The notes beneath the pieces were generated by a model, which ran no database searches, was not told where the DNA came from, and worked only from the letters and a program-made list of their open reading frames with translations. From Octopus vulgaris (taxonomy: Eukaryota), in assembly GCA_951406725.2 (NCBI GenBank), contig OX597818.1, forward strand, positions 58,094,001-58,158,000: a stretch of 64,000 nucleotides of DNA, written 5' to 3'. This document shows, one piece after another, positions 1 to 11,785 of the stretch (the first letter of the stretch is position 1; every line of letters starts with the position of its first letter). The position numbers were made by a program, and so were the translations under genes.

Positions 1-150
1 ATTGCTTGACAACCGATGCTGGTGTGTTTACGTCCCCGTCACTTAGCTGTTCGGCAAAAGAGACCGATAGAATAAAGTCCCTGGGTCGATTTGCTCGACT
101 AAAGGCGGTGCTCCAGCATGGCCGCAGTCAAATGACTGAAACAAGTAAAA
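1..150 (+). mobile_element. SINE family C, 3' half (cut by window start)
   Basis: Matches the 3' half of the full copy at 36684-37199 (cttgacaaccgatgctggtgtgtttacgtcccc ... ggcggtgctccagcatggccgcagtcaaatgactgaaacaag). Confidence 0.85.
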
Positions 151-607
151 CAGTAAAACAGTAAGAAATTTCAACATTTTTTGTCTGGAAGTTAATGCAT
201 ACGAATAGAAGAAAGTGAAAATTTTCCATTTCAATGACGTCTCTCGTTACGTTTGTATTATTGCAACTCAACAACAACAACGTGCCCAATAGTTTCATTT
301 TTAAGGTAGCCAACATCAGTAGAAATGAAATCTGAAAGAGTAGAATTCCTTGTTGACTATCAATTGAGGAATGCATAATCTAACTACGTTAATGTAGTAT
401 AGATATATTTGGGGAAAGATTTGTGCAAAATTCAGGAGATGGAGATTACTTTGTGATATTTAGAAATATTCATAAAATTAAGCTTAATTTATTTTGGCTC
501 ACTGGCAACGATGTAAGAAGACTGATAGACGGAGGTAAGAGCGGAGTCTACATAATCGATGACACCATATTTCCTAGAAAAATCCTTAAAGTAACACAGT
601 TGATATA

Positions 608-986
608 TATTTCTTTACTGCCCACAAAGGGCTAAATATAGAGGGGACAAACAAGAACAGACAAAGGGATTAAGTCGATTACATCGACCCCAGTGCGAAA
701 CCGGTACTTTATTTATTGACCCCGAAAGGATGAAAGGCAAAATCGGCCTCGGTGGAATTTGAACTCAGAACGTAACAACAGCCGAAATGCATATTTAAAC
801 ACAGAGAGGACAAACGTATTAAGTTGATTATATCGACCCCAGTGCGTAACTGGTACTTAATTTATCGACCCCGAAACGATAAAAGCAAAGTCGACCTCGG
901 TGGAATTTGAACTTTGAACGTAACGTCAGGAGAAATACGGCTACGCATTTCGCCCGCTGTGCTAACGTTTCTGCCAGCTCGCCGCC
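608..986 (-). mobile_element. SINE family A, dimer
   Basis: Reverse complement of the family A consensus (ggcgagctggcagaaacgttagc...gttcaaattcc...tcatcctttcggggtcgat...tagccc.ttgtgggcagtaaagaaata), two overlapping units. Confidence 0.85.
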
Positions 987-2024
987 TGATATAGCAGCTG
1001 ATATAGCAGTGATTATATGAGACACGAAAACCAAAAGATAATGATATCAACATCCACAGAAATAACGATTTCGGCATCATTAATATGATAACTGCTACCT
1101 AGTATAGAATGTCTTATTGTGATTAATTATTTACTGCATACTATTATGAAAGCGAAATATGTTATTTAGTTCACGGAGATATTACAAGTAAGTATGATCT
1201 TCAACTTTCGCACAGCCTACCAATATGAACTATATGATTAGATGTAATAATGATAATATACATTTCTTAAATGAATAACTGAAGCAGATGGTTTTCTAAC
1301 TGACATTTCTTTTGTTAAAATTTAACTAGTTTTAGTCACCTTAAAATTAATTATTAACAAACCTTACCTACTTGCACAATAAGTCTTCTGCACATTAAAT
1401 ATTGTACCTCAAGTTTTGTAAAGAATAAATATTTCAAGCACACTTTTCGAGAGGAAGCAAAATAATTATATAATTATAAAGGTTTCATTTTTCTAAATAT
1501 CTCTACATAAAGTCATATACTATATCACATGTTTCAACGCGGCGATATAAGTAAAAGATTCAACATCTAATTAAAACTGAATACAACATCTTCCTTTCGG
1601 TTAAGCATATTATTAAAATTTTCCAAATCAAATAAGTTTAAATGTAACCTATACCAATAAAAGTATGCTGATATTTATGCCAGAATCACGATTAAGTTAA
1701 GTAGAATGAATATAGTAGGATTGTAATGATGTACCGATTCATCTTCTAGAGAGGTTATGAGTTTACTGTTAAGTTGTTACTTGAAAATCCATACACAATA
1801 GATTCACATTCAAACTAATACATGCGATTAAATAGAAAAGTACTCAAGAACCAATACACAGATATATTTAAATTACAATATAGAAAATTCGATCTTACTT
1901 GGTTGATACCCTTTCAGACATATGAAAAGCAATATCTTAAAAAGTGTTAAATGATACGGTGTATTGCGAACATTTGTTAAAAATATAATATACAGATTAG
2001 ATATTAATATTTACTTTCTTTAAA

Positions 2025-2835
2025 GCGTCGTTCTGGCAGAATCATTAGCGCGCCGGGCGAAATGCTTAGCAGTATTTCGTCTGCCGTTACGTTCTGAGTT
2101 CAAATTCCGCCGAGGTCGAATTTGCCTTTCATCCTTTCGGGGTCGATTAAATAAGTACCAATTACGCACTGGTGCTGATATAATCGACTTAATCCGTTTG
2201 TCTATCCTTATTTGTCCCCTCTGTGTGCAGCCCCTTTTGGGCAGTAAAGAAATAGGTATTTCGTCTGCCGCTACGTTCTTAATTCAAATTCCACCGAGGT
2301 CGGCTTTGCCTTTCATTCTTTTCGGGGTCGATTAAATAAGTACCAGTTACGCACTGGGGTCGATGTAATCGACTATCACTTTGTCTGTCCTTGTTTGTCT
2401 CTTCTATCTTTAGCCCCTTGTGGGCAATAAAAAAATAAGAATAGTTAGCATGCCGGTTAAAACGTTCTCAGATCAAAATCTGCCGTGGTCGACTTTGCCT
2501 TTCATCACTTCGTGGCTGATAAACTATATAAGAGTTGAGCAATTGAATGAATGCCATCGACTTACGCCCAACCTAGACTTCACTGTCTGCTAAAATTGGA
2601 AATCAGTATCTAATTTCTTTACAGCATCGAGCTGGCAGAATCGTTAACAAGTCAAGCAAAATATTTTGCGGCAGTTCGTCCGCCTTTACGTTCTGAGTTC
2701 AAATTCCGCCGATGTCATGTTTGCTTTTCATACTTCCAAGGTATATAATGATAGTGCCAAATGAAAACTGGGCTTGATGTAACTCATCTACCTACCGTGC
2801 CGAAATTTCTTGCCTTGTGGCAAAATTTGAAACGA
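2025..2835 (+). mobile_element. SINE family A tandem array (about 4 units)
   Basis: Repeated A-box-like tggcagaatc, B-box gagttcaaattcc and central tcatcctttcggggtcgat. Unit junctions at ~2251-2262 and ~2431-2456. Later units are decayed. Confidence 0.85.
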
Positions 2836-2924
2836 AGGTTTACTTTCTTGAGGAGGTAGTTCCGCATATTTACTACTTTTATGTTTGTAATTCGCGAAAC
2901 TCATTAATAGATCGCTAACCACCA

Positions 2925-3085
2925 CACATTCTTTATTTTCTCTTCCTGTTTCTTTGTGTGTTTCTTTCTGTGGAAGTATGGAGCCTCGAAACGATAAAGA
3001 GTAGTTCACTTCCCGTGCGTTATACTAATACGTCTGTTTGTTGTCTACACAACCTGTCTTTTTATTTTTTAAAAATTCTTCCCCT
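2925..3085 (+). mobile_element. Putative Penelope-like terminal-repeat remnant (hammerhead-like family), decayed copy
   Basis: Similar to the reverse complement of 11582-11728 and 43335-43500 (tactaata...gtttg...acctg; tctttctgtggaag...tcgaaacg). Confidence 0.5.
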
Positions 3086-3371
3086 ATAATAAAATTATCA
3101 TTTCTAAACTGATTGTTAGGTCATGTAATTAAAAGATAAGCAGAAAATCATAAACGTTCTGTGATAAACCTAAATCTTGTAAAAATCTTAATGCAAACTT
3201 CTACAGGTTCTACCGTGAAATAAATTTAACAAATTTTCACATGGGCATCAACAGTTTCATGGAGCAAAATTTTAAAACTGTATGCATTGAAAGTTTCTTC
3301 TCAGCAATATTTTTTTTTCAAAAGTGAAATGGTATAAAACTCAATGAATCCAGACAGGATTTGAAACTCAG

Positions 3372-3431
<60 letters not shown>

Positions 3432-3435
<4 letters not shown>

Positions 3436-3639
3436 GAAATGAAGAAAATGCTGACAAATAATTGAAGTAATTTAAGTAATTTAATTAGGTGAAAGTTCTT
3501 TTTACCGGTTGCGCATTTGTTATGCTTATCAAAATATTTTGATAAGCATAACAAATGCGCAACCGGTAAAAAGAACTTTCACCTAATTAAATTACTTAAA
3601 TTACTTCAATTATTTGTCAGCATTTTCTTCATTTCCTTT
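3432..3639. repeat. Perfect spacerless 208-bp palindrome next to (TA)n
   Basis: 104-bp arms centred on aaaat|atttt (3535/3536). The ORF track shows the same N-terminal peptide on both strands (3318-3554 - and 3517-3798 +). Confidence 0.95.
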
Positions 3640-3677
3640 TTTATATATCACCACTCGTGTTCGACATCTCCTTTTTT

Positions 3678-3742
<65 letters not shown>

Positions 3743-4770
3743 AAGCACGTGGAGTTTCCTTATTAACTTTATATACATTAATATTTCTTACACCTTGAAT
3801 TTGAGCATTGCAATTTCAATGGAAAGTTTCAAACAACAGAAAGTATTTAATATTAAACAAACTATTTCCAGTCGCTTCGATATCTAACGCAATGAATTAA
3901 GTATACAAGTTGCCGGATATTACATAGGATTGAGCATTAAAACAAGAATTTCAAACAAGTAAATGTTTAATTCAATAGCAACAATACAACGAGGCATCCA
4001 ATAAATTCTACTATGAATAATTAAACAAAGTTGATAAGATTACTACAGCATATGAAAATAAACTATGTAAATAGACACGATTATGAATATACATACACAA
4101 ATGCATTCACAAACGTTTACATTAACACACAGGCGCGCACATACTTCTATAGACACATATATTATATACTTCTATAGACACATATAGACACCCACTTCTA
4201 TAGACACATATATTATATACAATATATTCACTATTACAAGCCGATAACAACAGTTGTACTCTAAATTACCCCTACAATTATATGAATAGAAATATGTGTT
4301 CACGACTTCTTACGGCTATCTCATTTCCTGAACGAACAAAACAGTAAAACTTACATAGCTAATGATATATCCACCAATACGTTGAAAACGTCTAAAACTA
4401 TTTATACGGTGCTGTATTTTAACGAACAAATTCCAATTAGATATTTTCTAGAAACAAGAGTTTATTTCCGTAGCATAGATGATAAATTATACCAATTTGA
4501 ATGAAAGGGCTTAGAGGTAAATCAAACTTAAAAGTACATGTAAATCCGCTCAGAGCCAAACTCCAAACAAATATTAAACATAATTTGTTTTCTGGTTTTC
4601 TGATAGTGTTATATATAATTAACATAAAGCAGCGAGCTCACAGAGACCTTAATAGTCTGAGTTCAAATTCATCTGAAGGCGACATTGCCTTTCTTCTTTT
4701 CAGGGGTTGATGCAATCGGCTATCTCCCCAAATTCTAGACCTTGTGCCTGTAATAAAGATTATTATTCTT

Positions 4771-5143
4771 TTATTTGTTTTAGTCATTCGACTGGGGCCA
4801 TCCTGGAGCACCGCCTTTTTCATCGAACAAATCGACTCCAGGACTTATTCTTTGTCAGCCTAGTACTAATTCTATAGGCCTGATTTGCTGAACCTCTAAG
4901 TTATGGGAATGTAAGTACACCAACATCGACTTTCAAGCGATGATGGGGTGCAAACACACACATACTCACACACACACATACACACACACACACACACGAC
5001 TGGATTCTTTCAGTCCGCTCACAAGGACTTAGTAGGCTCAAGCCTGTAGTAGCAGACACCTACCCAAGCTGTCACGCAGTGGGACTGAACCCGGAACCGT
5101 GTGGTTGGTAAGCAAGCTACTTACAACACAACCACTCCTGCAC
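4771..5143 (-). mobile_element. SINE family C
   Basis: Reverse complement of the family C head (cgcagtgggactgaacccggaacc..gtggttggtaagcaagctac), internal (CA)n and 3' tail. Confidence 0.85.
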
Positions 5144-5429
5144 TCTTTTCTTTATTAAATATTGGTTTCAGATTTGGTCATACGGCCAGCAATTTCTTAG
5201 AAGGATTAAGTGGATTACATTGACTCCGGTGCCCAACCGGTGCTAATTTAATTGACACCGAAAAGGGTTAAAATGCAAAGTTATCTTCGGCACAATTTTG
5301 AAACGAGAACTCAAATCCGAACTCAAATTTTGCCTAGAGTGGATAACGGTTCTCACAGTTTGAAACCTAAACTGTGTCAAAAAACACAGGTCCAGTAATT
5401 TTGGAGGAGGGGAGTATGTCGATTACCAG

Positions 5430-5654
5430 TTTCATCATCAGGATCATAGGCGCCGTCATTACCACCACCACCACCATCATCATCATCACCACCACCATCC
5501 TCATCACCATCAACACCACCATCATCATGTTCATCATCATAACCACCACTACCACCACCACCACTATCACCACCATCATCATCATCACCACCATCACCAA
5601 CACCACTACCATCATCATTGTAATCATCGTCATCATCGTCATCACCACCACCAC

Positions 5655-5697
<43 letters not shown>

Positions 5698-5735
5698 GTT
5701 GCTGTCATCATTATCACGGTTGTCTTTATCACCAG
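5430..5735. repeat. Compound (CAT/CAC/CAG)n trinucleotide tract
   Basis: Runs of atc/acc/agc triplets, which explain the poly-I/T/M/V ORFs. Confidence 0.9.
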
Positions 5736-6794
5736 CTACAGCAGGTTATCTTTATATTCATATTCCTAGATCTGATTCTCACCATCATGAGCGATATTTT
5801 GAGTTACGAGCATTTTAATCGCCATTAATCGCCTTCATAGTCGACCCCTCCCCCCCCCTCCAAATTTTTATCGTGATTATTCACTTCATTAATCCTCAGT
5901 TCCACCATTACAAGAATTTCATTATATTTCCGTGTATAATCGAAGATATAGTAAAATTATCAAGGGCATCGCGTACAGAGAGAGAGCGAGATAAAACATA
6001 CGAAACAGATATACACGATCGGTCACATATTTATAGATGTGACATAAATTCTTTATCGCATTTTCGCATTAAAACTTAAATTTTATTCGGAAGATATAAA
6101 TAAAATTTAATCTCTCAATAAATTATTCATTAGAAAAGAAATACTAAAATTTGATTCAGATAATAGGAAATATTTGTTTACTTTTCTGGCAAGAAAATTT
6201 ATATAAGCCATATGATTCCCAAGGTGTACACAATTAAGACAATTTTAATTATAAAATAATATATAAAATAACATTTTTTTTTCAATTTTCGAAATTAGCC
6301 ACTATATTTATCCAAACAGCATATTTTTCAATGTCAAATTTAAAAGTTTTGCCTACTGCTTAAAGGTATCTGTTTTCTTAATTGCAATATTTATAGCATT
6401 CAGAACGATATATTCGTGAAAATATAGACAATGAAAAATGTTTGTCAATTCGGTTATAAATTATAATTAAATTCCTGAATTCCAATGTATAAATATACCT
6501 TTCCTTTGTTTGATAAATGTATTGGAAATCGATCAGGATGTAGCATCGTCGCAAAGGATTTGTTTTTTAGAGAACTGACTAGATACAATTTATTAAATAA
6601 AGTATCATACTTCTCCTACCAGCCACTTTCGACAAACTGTGAGTTTCGCTGAATGTAAATATACTAACGCTGGTTAGCAAGCGTTGAGGGCATAAACAGA
6701 TGCATGGAACCTTATATCATCGTTGGAAACATGCTTCCTCAGTTGAAGATACATAATAATTAAAACATACAAGTGATGTACATACATACCTATA

Positions 6795-6837
<43 letters not shown>

Positions 6838-6853
6838 TATGTATATATATATA

Positions 6854-9266
6854 CATCTTGTACAACGTCTTCCCGGTTCGGCCAGGCCCTTCTTGACGTG
6901 GCTGAAGATTGTTTTGTATCGCAACATGTTGAATATCCGACAAGGCATCGGTCTGGGCAGCAGCCATCTATGCTAGATCTGGTATTCTCCCGCTATCCAA
7001 GATCAGTGTCAGACGTATCTGTGTGCGCCCCTCTTGCCAAGAGTGATCATGCGGTCCTGAAGTTCGTCATGCACACAACTTTTTCTACGCCCACGACTAC
7101 TTCGCTGCCACGTAGAGTCTTCTCTGCAATTAATCTTGAAATTCTAACCGAGGCTTCCGCGCTTCTGGACTGCCGATCCCTGATGACGTTGTCCTCAGTT
7201 GACGAACTATGGTCATCCCTCAAAGCATATGTAATCTGTTTGACTGACCAGGCAGTTCCCGTTGGGCTCCCCAAGAGGAAGAAACACAAGCCCTGGGTGA
7301 CGAAGAGGGTTAAACGAGAACATCGACTCAGAGATATTGCTTGGGCTGAATTCAAAAATCTGGATTCGACTGCAGCTTTTGAGGTGTACAAAACTCAACG
7401 AGACCGAGCCGTGAAAATTGAAAAGAAAGAACGCTTCAGTTACGAATACAAAATCGCGGCAAATGCCAGTAGCAATCCAAAAACCTTCTTTGCCCATGTC
7501 CAGCGGAATTCCCGCTTGAACAACCAGATTGCAACGTTGGTAGACTCAACAGGCGTATCGATTGGGGACCCTTATCAACAGAGTCAATTATTTGCCGAGG
7601 CTTTTTCAACTATTTTCAAACAAGATGATGGTCGTGAACCCCCTCCATTTGATAGATCGGTACCTCCAATGCTTCGATTGGTCATCACGCGGGACGAAGT
7701 CAAACGTGTTATTCAAGGCCTCGATGTCAACAAAGGTCACGGCCCTGACGGCATACACCCACGGGTTATCAAAGCGTTGGCTCCGGTCATCTGCGAGCCC
7801 TTAACACGACTATTCAATATGTCATTGTCGACGGGTGTTATACCTGCAGACTGGAGAACAGCGATAATCTGCCCAATTTTCAAGAAAGGAGCCGCGAAGA
7901 CCCGCTTAACTACCGACCGGTTTCCCTTACATCAATTATCAGCAAGTTGTTCGAAACCATCCTTAAGAAAAGTATGATGCTCCACTTCCTAAACACAGCC
8001 TCTATCTCTGATTCCCAACACGGCTTCGTGCCGAAGAGATCATGCTTGACCAACCTACTAGTAATGGAAGAATTGGTGACGCGCATCCTCGATGATAGTG
8101 ATGCTGTTGACATCGTTTTACTGGACTTTGCCAAAGCTTTTGACTCGGTAAACCACCGCCTATTGCTTGTCAAGCTTCAAGCATATAGTTTCCATCCGGA
8201 TATTGTACGATGGGTTGGTGCCTTCCTCTCAGATCGCTCCTTCCAAGTCCAAGTTAATGGTTCGCGGTCCGACGTCTCCAGTGCGAGCAGTGGCGTGCCT
8301 CAAGGTTCAGTTCTTGGGCCCTTGTTGTTCTTAGTCTTCATAAATGACTTGCCCGACGACCTCACGCAACACACCCTTCTATTTGCCGACGATATCAAAC
8401 TGGTCGCTCGTCGCGGTAATATAGAGGATCTTCGTCGATGCCTCCACCAAATTTGGAAGTGGTCTAACAATTGGGACCTGTGTCTGAACGTGTCAAAGTG
8501 CTGTCATCTGCCTGTCGGCTCTACTCCTGCAACTCAACTTGATTTCGAGCCGGGTCGTCTGCTGCTGGAGAGGACCGATCAGGTAAAGGACCTAGGTATC
8601 TTGGTGGATTCCTCCTTTTCGCCTTCAGCCCAGTGCGTCCATGCTGCCAACAAAGCACGCGGAATTCTGTTCTTGATTCGACGGTCATTCGGAATGCTCA
8701 CAGCAGCCATATTCCTACCACTCTATGTCACGCTGGTGAGACCCATATTGGAGTATGGGATTCAAGCCTCTTCTCCTTATCTCCTCAAAGACATACAGCA
8801 TCTCGAAAGAGTCCAGAAGCTGGCTACCCGCATGGTTCATGGTCTCAAAAATTTGTCCTACGAAGAAAGGCTGAGGACGCTCGACCTTTATTCTCTTGAA
8901 AAACGCCGCCGCCGTGGTGATCTCATTCTCGCCCACAACATCATAAGCGGAAAGTGTAACCTCTGGAAAGAGCTGTTCTTCACTGCTGCTCCAGAGCGTC
9001 GGCTGCGGGGTCATTCCGAAAAGCTCTACCTGCGACGATTTCATCCTAATCGAAGGAGAGGAGCTTTCTCCGTCCGGGTTGCGGATCCGTGGAACAAGCT
9101 GCCAGACGAGATGGTGAAGATGCCGACGACCGCTTTGTTCAAAGCCTCCCTTGACCTCAAGTGGCCTGAACTCTTTACATGAACACCACCCTGTACCTAA
9201 CTCCATGTCCCCCTACATGGCCTTGCTTTTTGCTTTTGAGCCAAATTAACTAACTAACTAACTAAC
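6854..9266 (+). mobile_element. CR1-group non-LTR retrotransposon, 5'-truncated, (TAAC)n tail
   Basis: End of APE domain (LDLVF...SDH) and RT motifs (GPDGIHPRV, QHGF, DFAKAFD, GVPQGSVLGPLLF, LFADD). C-terminal RGH...FSVRV...WNKLP is typical of CR1. Short 3'UTR, (TAAC)5 at 9247-9266, (TA)n on both sides. Confidence 0.93.
6898..9182 (+). pseudogene. CR1-group ORF2 (partial endonuclease + reverse transcriptase), one frameshift
   Basis: ORFs 6898-7977 and 7947-9182 join into IFKKG[S]REDPLNYRPVSLTSIISKLFE if one base is added at 7890/7891. Confidence 0.9.
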
Positions 9267-9284
9267 ATATATATATCTTTCATC

Positions 9285-9570
9285 TTTTCTTTTTTTTCAG
9301 CCATTAGACCCCGGCATTGCTGGGGCACCACCTTCAAAACTTTTTTGTATCGACCCCAGTGCTTCTTTTTTTTAATGTCAGGTACTTATTCTATCAACCT
9401 CTTTGCCGAACCGCTAACCTACGGGGACATAAACATACCAGCACCGGTTACCAACTTATATGGGAAGGACACACACAAAGGCACACACATGCACACGCAC
9501 TCACATATACGACGGGCTTTCTTCAAAAGACACTTGCCCAAAATGCCTCGCAGTAGGAGTGAACCCCAAC
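9285..9570 (-). mobile_element. SINE family C, internally deleted
   Basis: acttattctatc..tttgccgaaccgctaa..tacggggac, gacacttgccca, gaaccc match family C reverse strand. Confidence 0.75.
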
Positions 9571-10190
9571 ACATCTACATACATACATACATATACATAT
9601 ACACTCTCACGCACATACATTTTTCAATGTCTCATTGAAACATAGTATTTACAAAATTGCGATACATTCATGAATATTAGTAAGAGAAAGCAGTTAAATG
9701 GAAACTGTTTTTGTATTAAAAGTAGAGGAAGCACGCAGTTGGCAGAAGGACAAAATGCTTACCTACATTTCGTATAGGTCTACATTCTGCATTTCAGGTA
9801 TTGCCGGAGTCAAATTTGCTGTATATCCTGTCGTAATTGATCAAATATGTAACAGTCGGAACTCGGATTAATATAATCGGTTTATCTCAACCCCAACGGA
9901 CACTATTTGAAAGGATTAATCAAAATCTATGAGGGCGAAAATTGAAATGTAAAATATCATGAAAATCTACTCTTTAGTATGTCCAGAGAGAAGAATTGAA
10001 TATTTTGAATACGATTATCAGGGAATATTGCATATGATTCCTTTGTCTCTACTGCACAGGTAAACTTAATTCCCGCTATTTTCAGATGTTTCATTGTTCT
10101 TCTTAATGATGTCCTGTAAAAAAAAATATCATATTGATCGAAATCCAGTGTAATGGATACCCAAAGTTTCACCCGGGGTGAAGGTGAATG

Positions 10191-10590
10191 TTTCTAGTTT
10201 CAGCTCACGAGCTGTGGCCATGCTGGGGCACCGCCATTTGGTGTTGCTATATGATTTTACTTCACGAATGATTTTTAGCAATTGCCATTTGCTGCATGAG
10301 AGAGTTCGATGCAGCTGCCCTCATCTGCACCTCCTGCCGTGAAGTTGGTTCATCCGGGACACCTGACAGGAAGAGAACCAGTCCTACATTAAAGAGATCC
10401 GCATCCACCCCATGCAGGTCCCTCAGGTTCTTCGGGAGGATATTGAAGAGCTGTGGGCCTCTGAAGCCCAGGCTATCAGAGTATCTTGTCCTACATCTTG
10501 ATGGCAAATTTGGAGCCTTGGCACCATGCAGTGGCGCCCAGTTCTAGCATTTGTGTAACTCTCGATGCCAAAGTTTGAGACAAGTCCATA
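10191..10590 (-). mobile_element. CR1/L2-group LINE 3' end (family distinct from 6854-9266)
   Basis: Minus-strand translation RTRYSDSLGFRGPQLFNILPKNLRDL...VPDEP...AASNSL resembles an ORF2 C-terminus. Ends in ggcggtgccccagcatggccacagctcgtgagctgaaactag. Confidence 0.8.
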
Positions 10591-11050
10591 TATTCTTGTA
10601 TATGAGTTGAAATTCTCCTCTTGTTATCAATAAGAAATATTTCATTCGGAATGCAATGTATAGTACACAATCGTTTCATGGCGTTATGAAATATATTCAA
10701 ACAAACAAATCTTTTCAATTTCAGAGTATTTGACGGATCCAGTAAGCATTTTCCCCTGCCAATCATCGAGGCCGGATGAATATTTTATTGATAGCACAAA
10801 AAACTCCGATGGCCAAATATTTTTATTTTTGACAAGCGCACGAACAAAAGGTATCATGAAGCAGCCGTGTAACCGGCCGACATTCTGATCATAACTTGTA
10901 GGCCGAAACCTCGATGTAAGTGACCAGATCTTGCAAAACAGCATTTAAATGTGAGCGCTACAAAATCTTCCTATTGTATTATGCTATGTTATATTATATT
11001 ACATTAAAGCATATTATTTATGCACACACACATACATACACACATACATG

Positions 11051-11119
<69 letters not shown>

Positions 11120-11334
11120 TACATTGTATCATTTACTTGTTTCAGTCATCAGATAGTGGTGTTGCTGGTTCACATATTTGGAATATTTACTCGAACAAGT
11201 CATTCCATATTTGAAATTTCTGTTTCTCATGACTTACGAGAAAATTCGTAATATATATAAATATATATAGGAGTGTGTACGTATGCATGTGTGTGTGTGT
11301 GTGTGTTAAATCAAATGAGACAACAACGCCAAAG

Positions 11335-11381
<47 letters not shown>

Positions 11382-11426
11382 CGTACGCAATGTATATACG
11401 TATGTAGTTATGAATGTATGTAATGC

Positions 11427-11457
<31 letters not shown>

Positions 11458-11458
11458 C

Positions 11459-11521
<63 letters not shown>

Positions 11522-11581
11522 GGTATGTAGAAAATACAACATGGACAAGAACGTATAACTCTTAGAAGACGATTATATATA

Positions 11582-11725
11582 TAACGGGAACGTTTACGAA
11601 AATAAACAAAAGACGAAGGCAGGTGGAGTACAAACAATGTATTAGTATACCGCTCAGGAATTGAAATAAAACAAGTCTTTTACGTTTCGAACCTACGCTC
11701 TTCGACAGAAAGATACACAGAAAAA

Positions 11726-11728
<3 letters not shown>
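11582..11728 (-). mobile_element. Putative Penelope-like terminal-repeat remnant with minimal hammerhead-like motif
   Basis: Minus strand 11676-11713 reads UCUUU CUGUCGA A GAGC GUAG GUUC GAAAC GUA AAAGA. Embedded in (TA)n, with homologues at 2925-3085 and 43335-43500. Confidence 0.55.
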
Positions 11729-11782
<54 letters not shown>

Positions 11783-11785
11783 CAA

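Noticed and set aside
5367-5769. 121-131 aa ORFs on both strands
   Set aside because: Translations of CAT/CAC/CAG triplet repeats with no domain signal.
9735-9895. AG|GT motif (tttcag|gtattg) as a recursive splice site
   Set aside because: Lies in an old decayed SINE A copy and has a weak donor. The similar site at 10057-10065 also has a weak donor.
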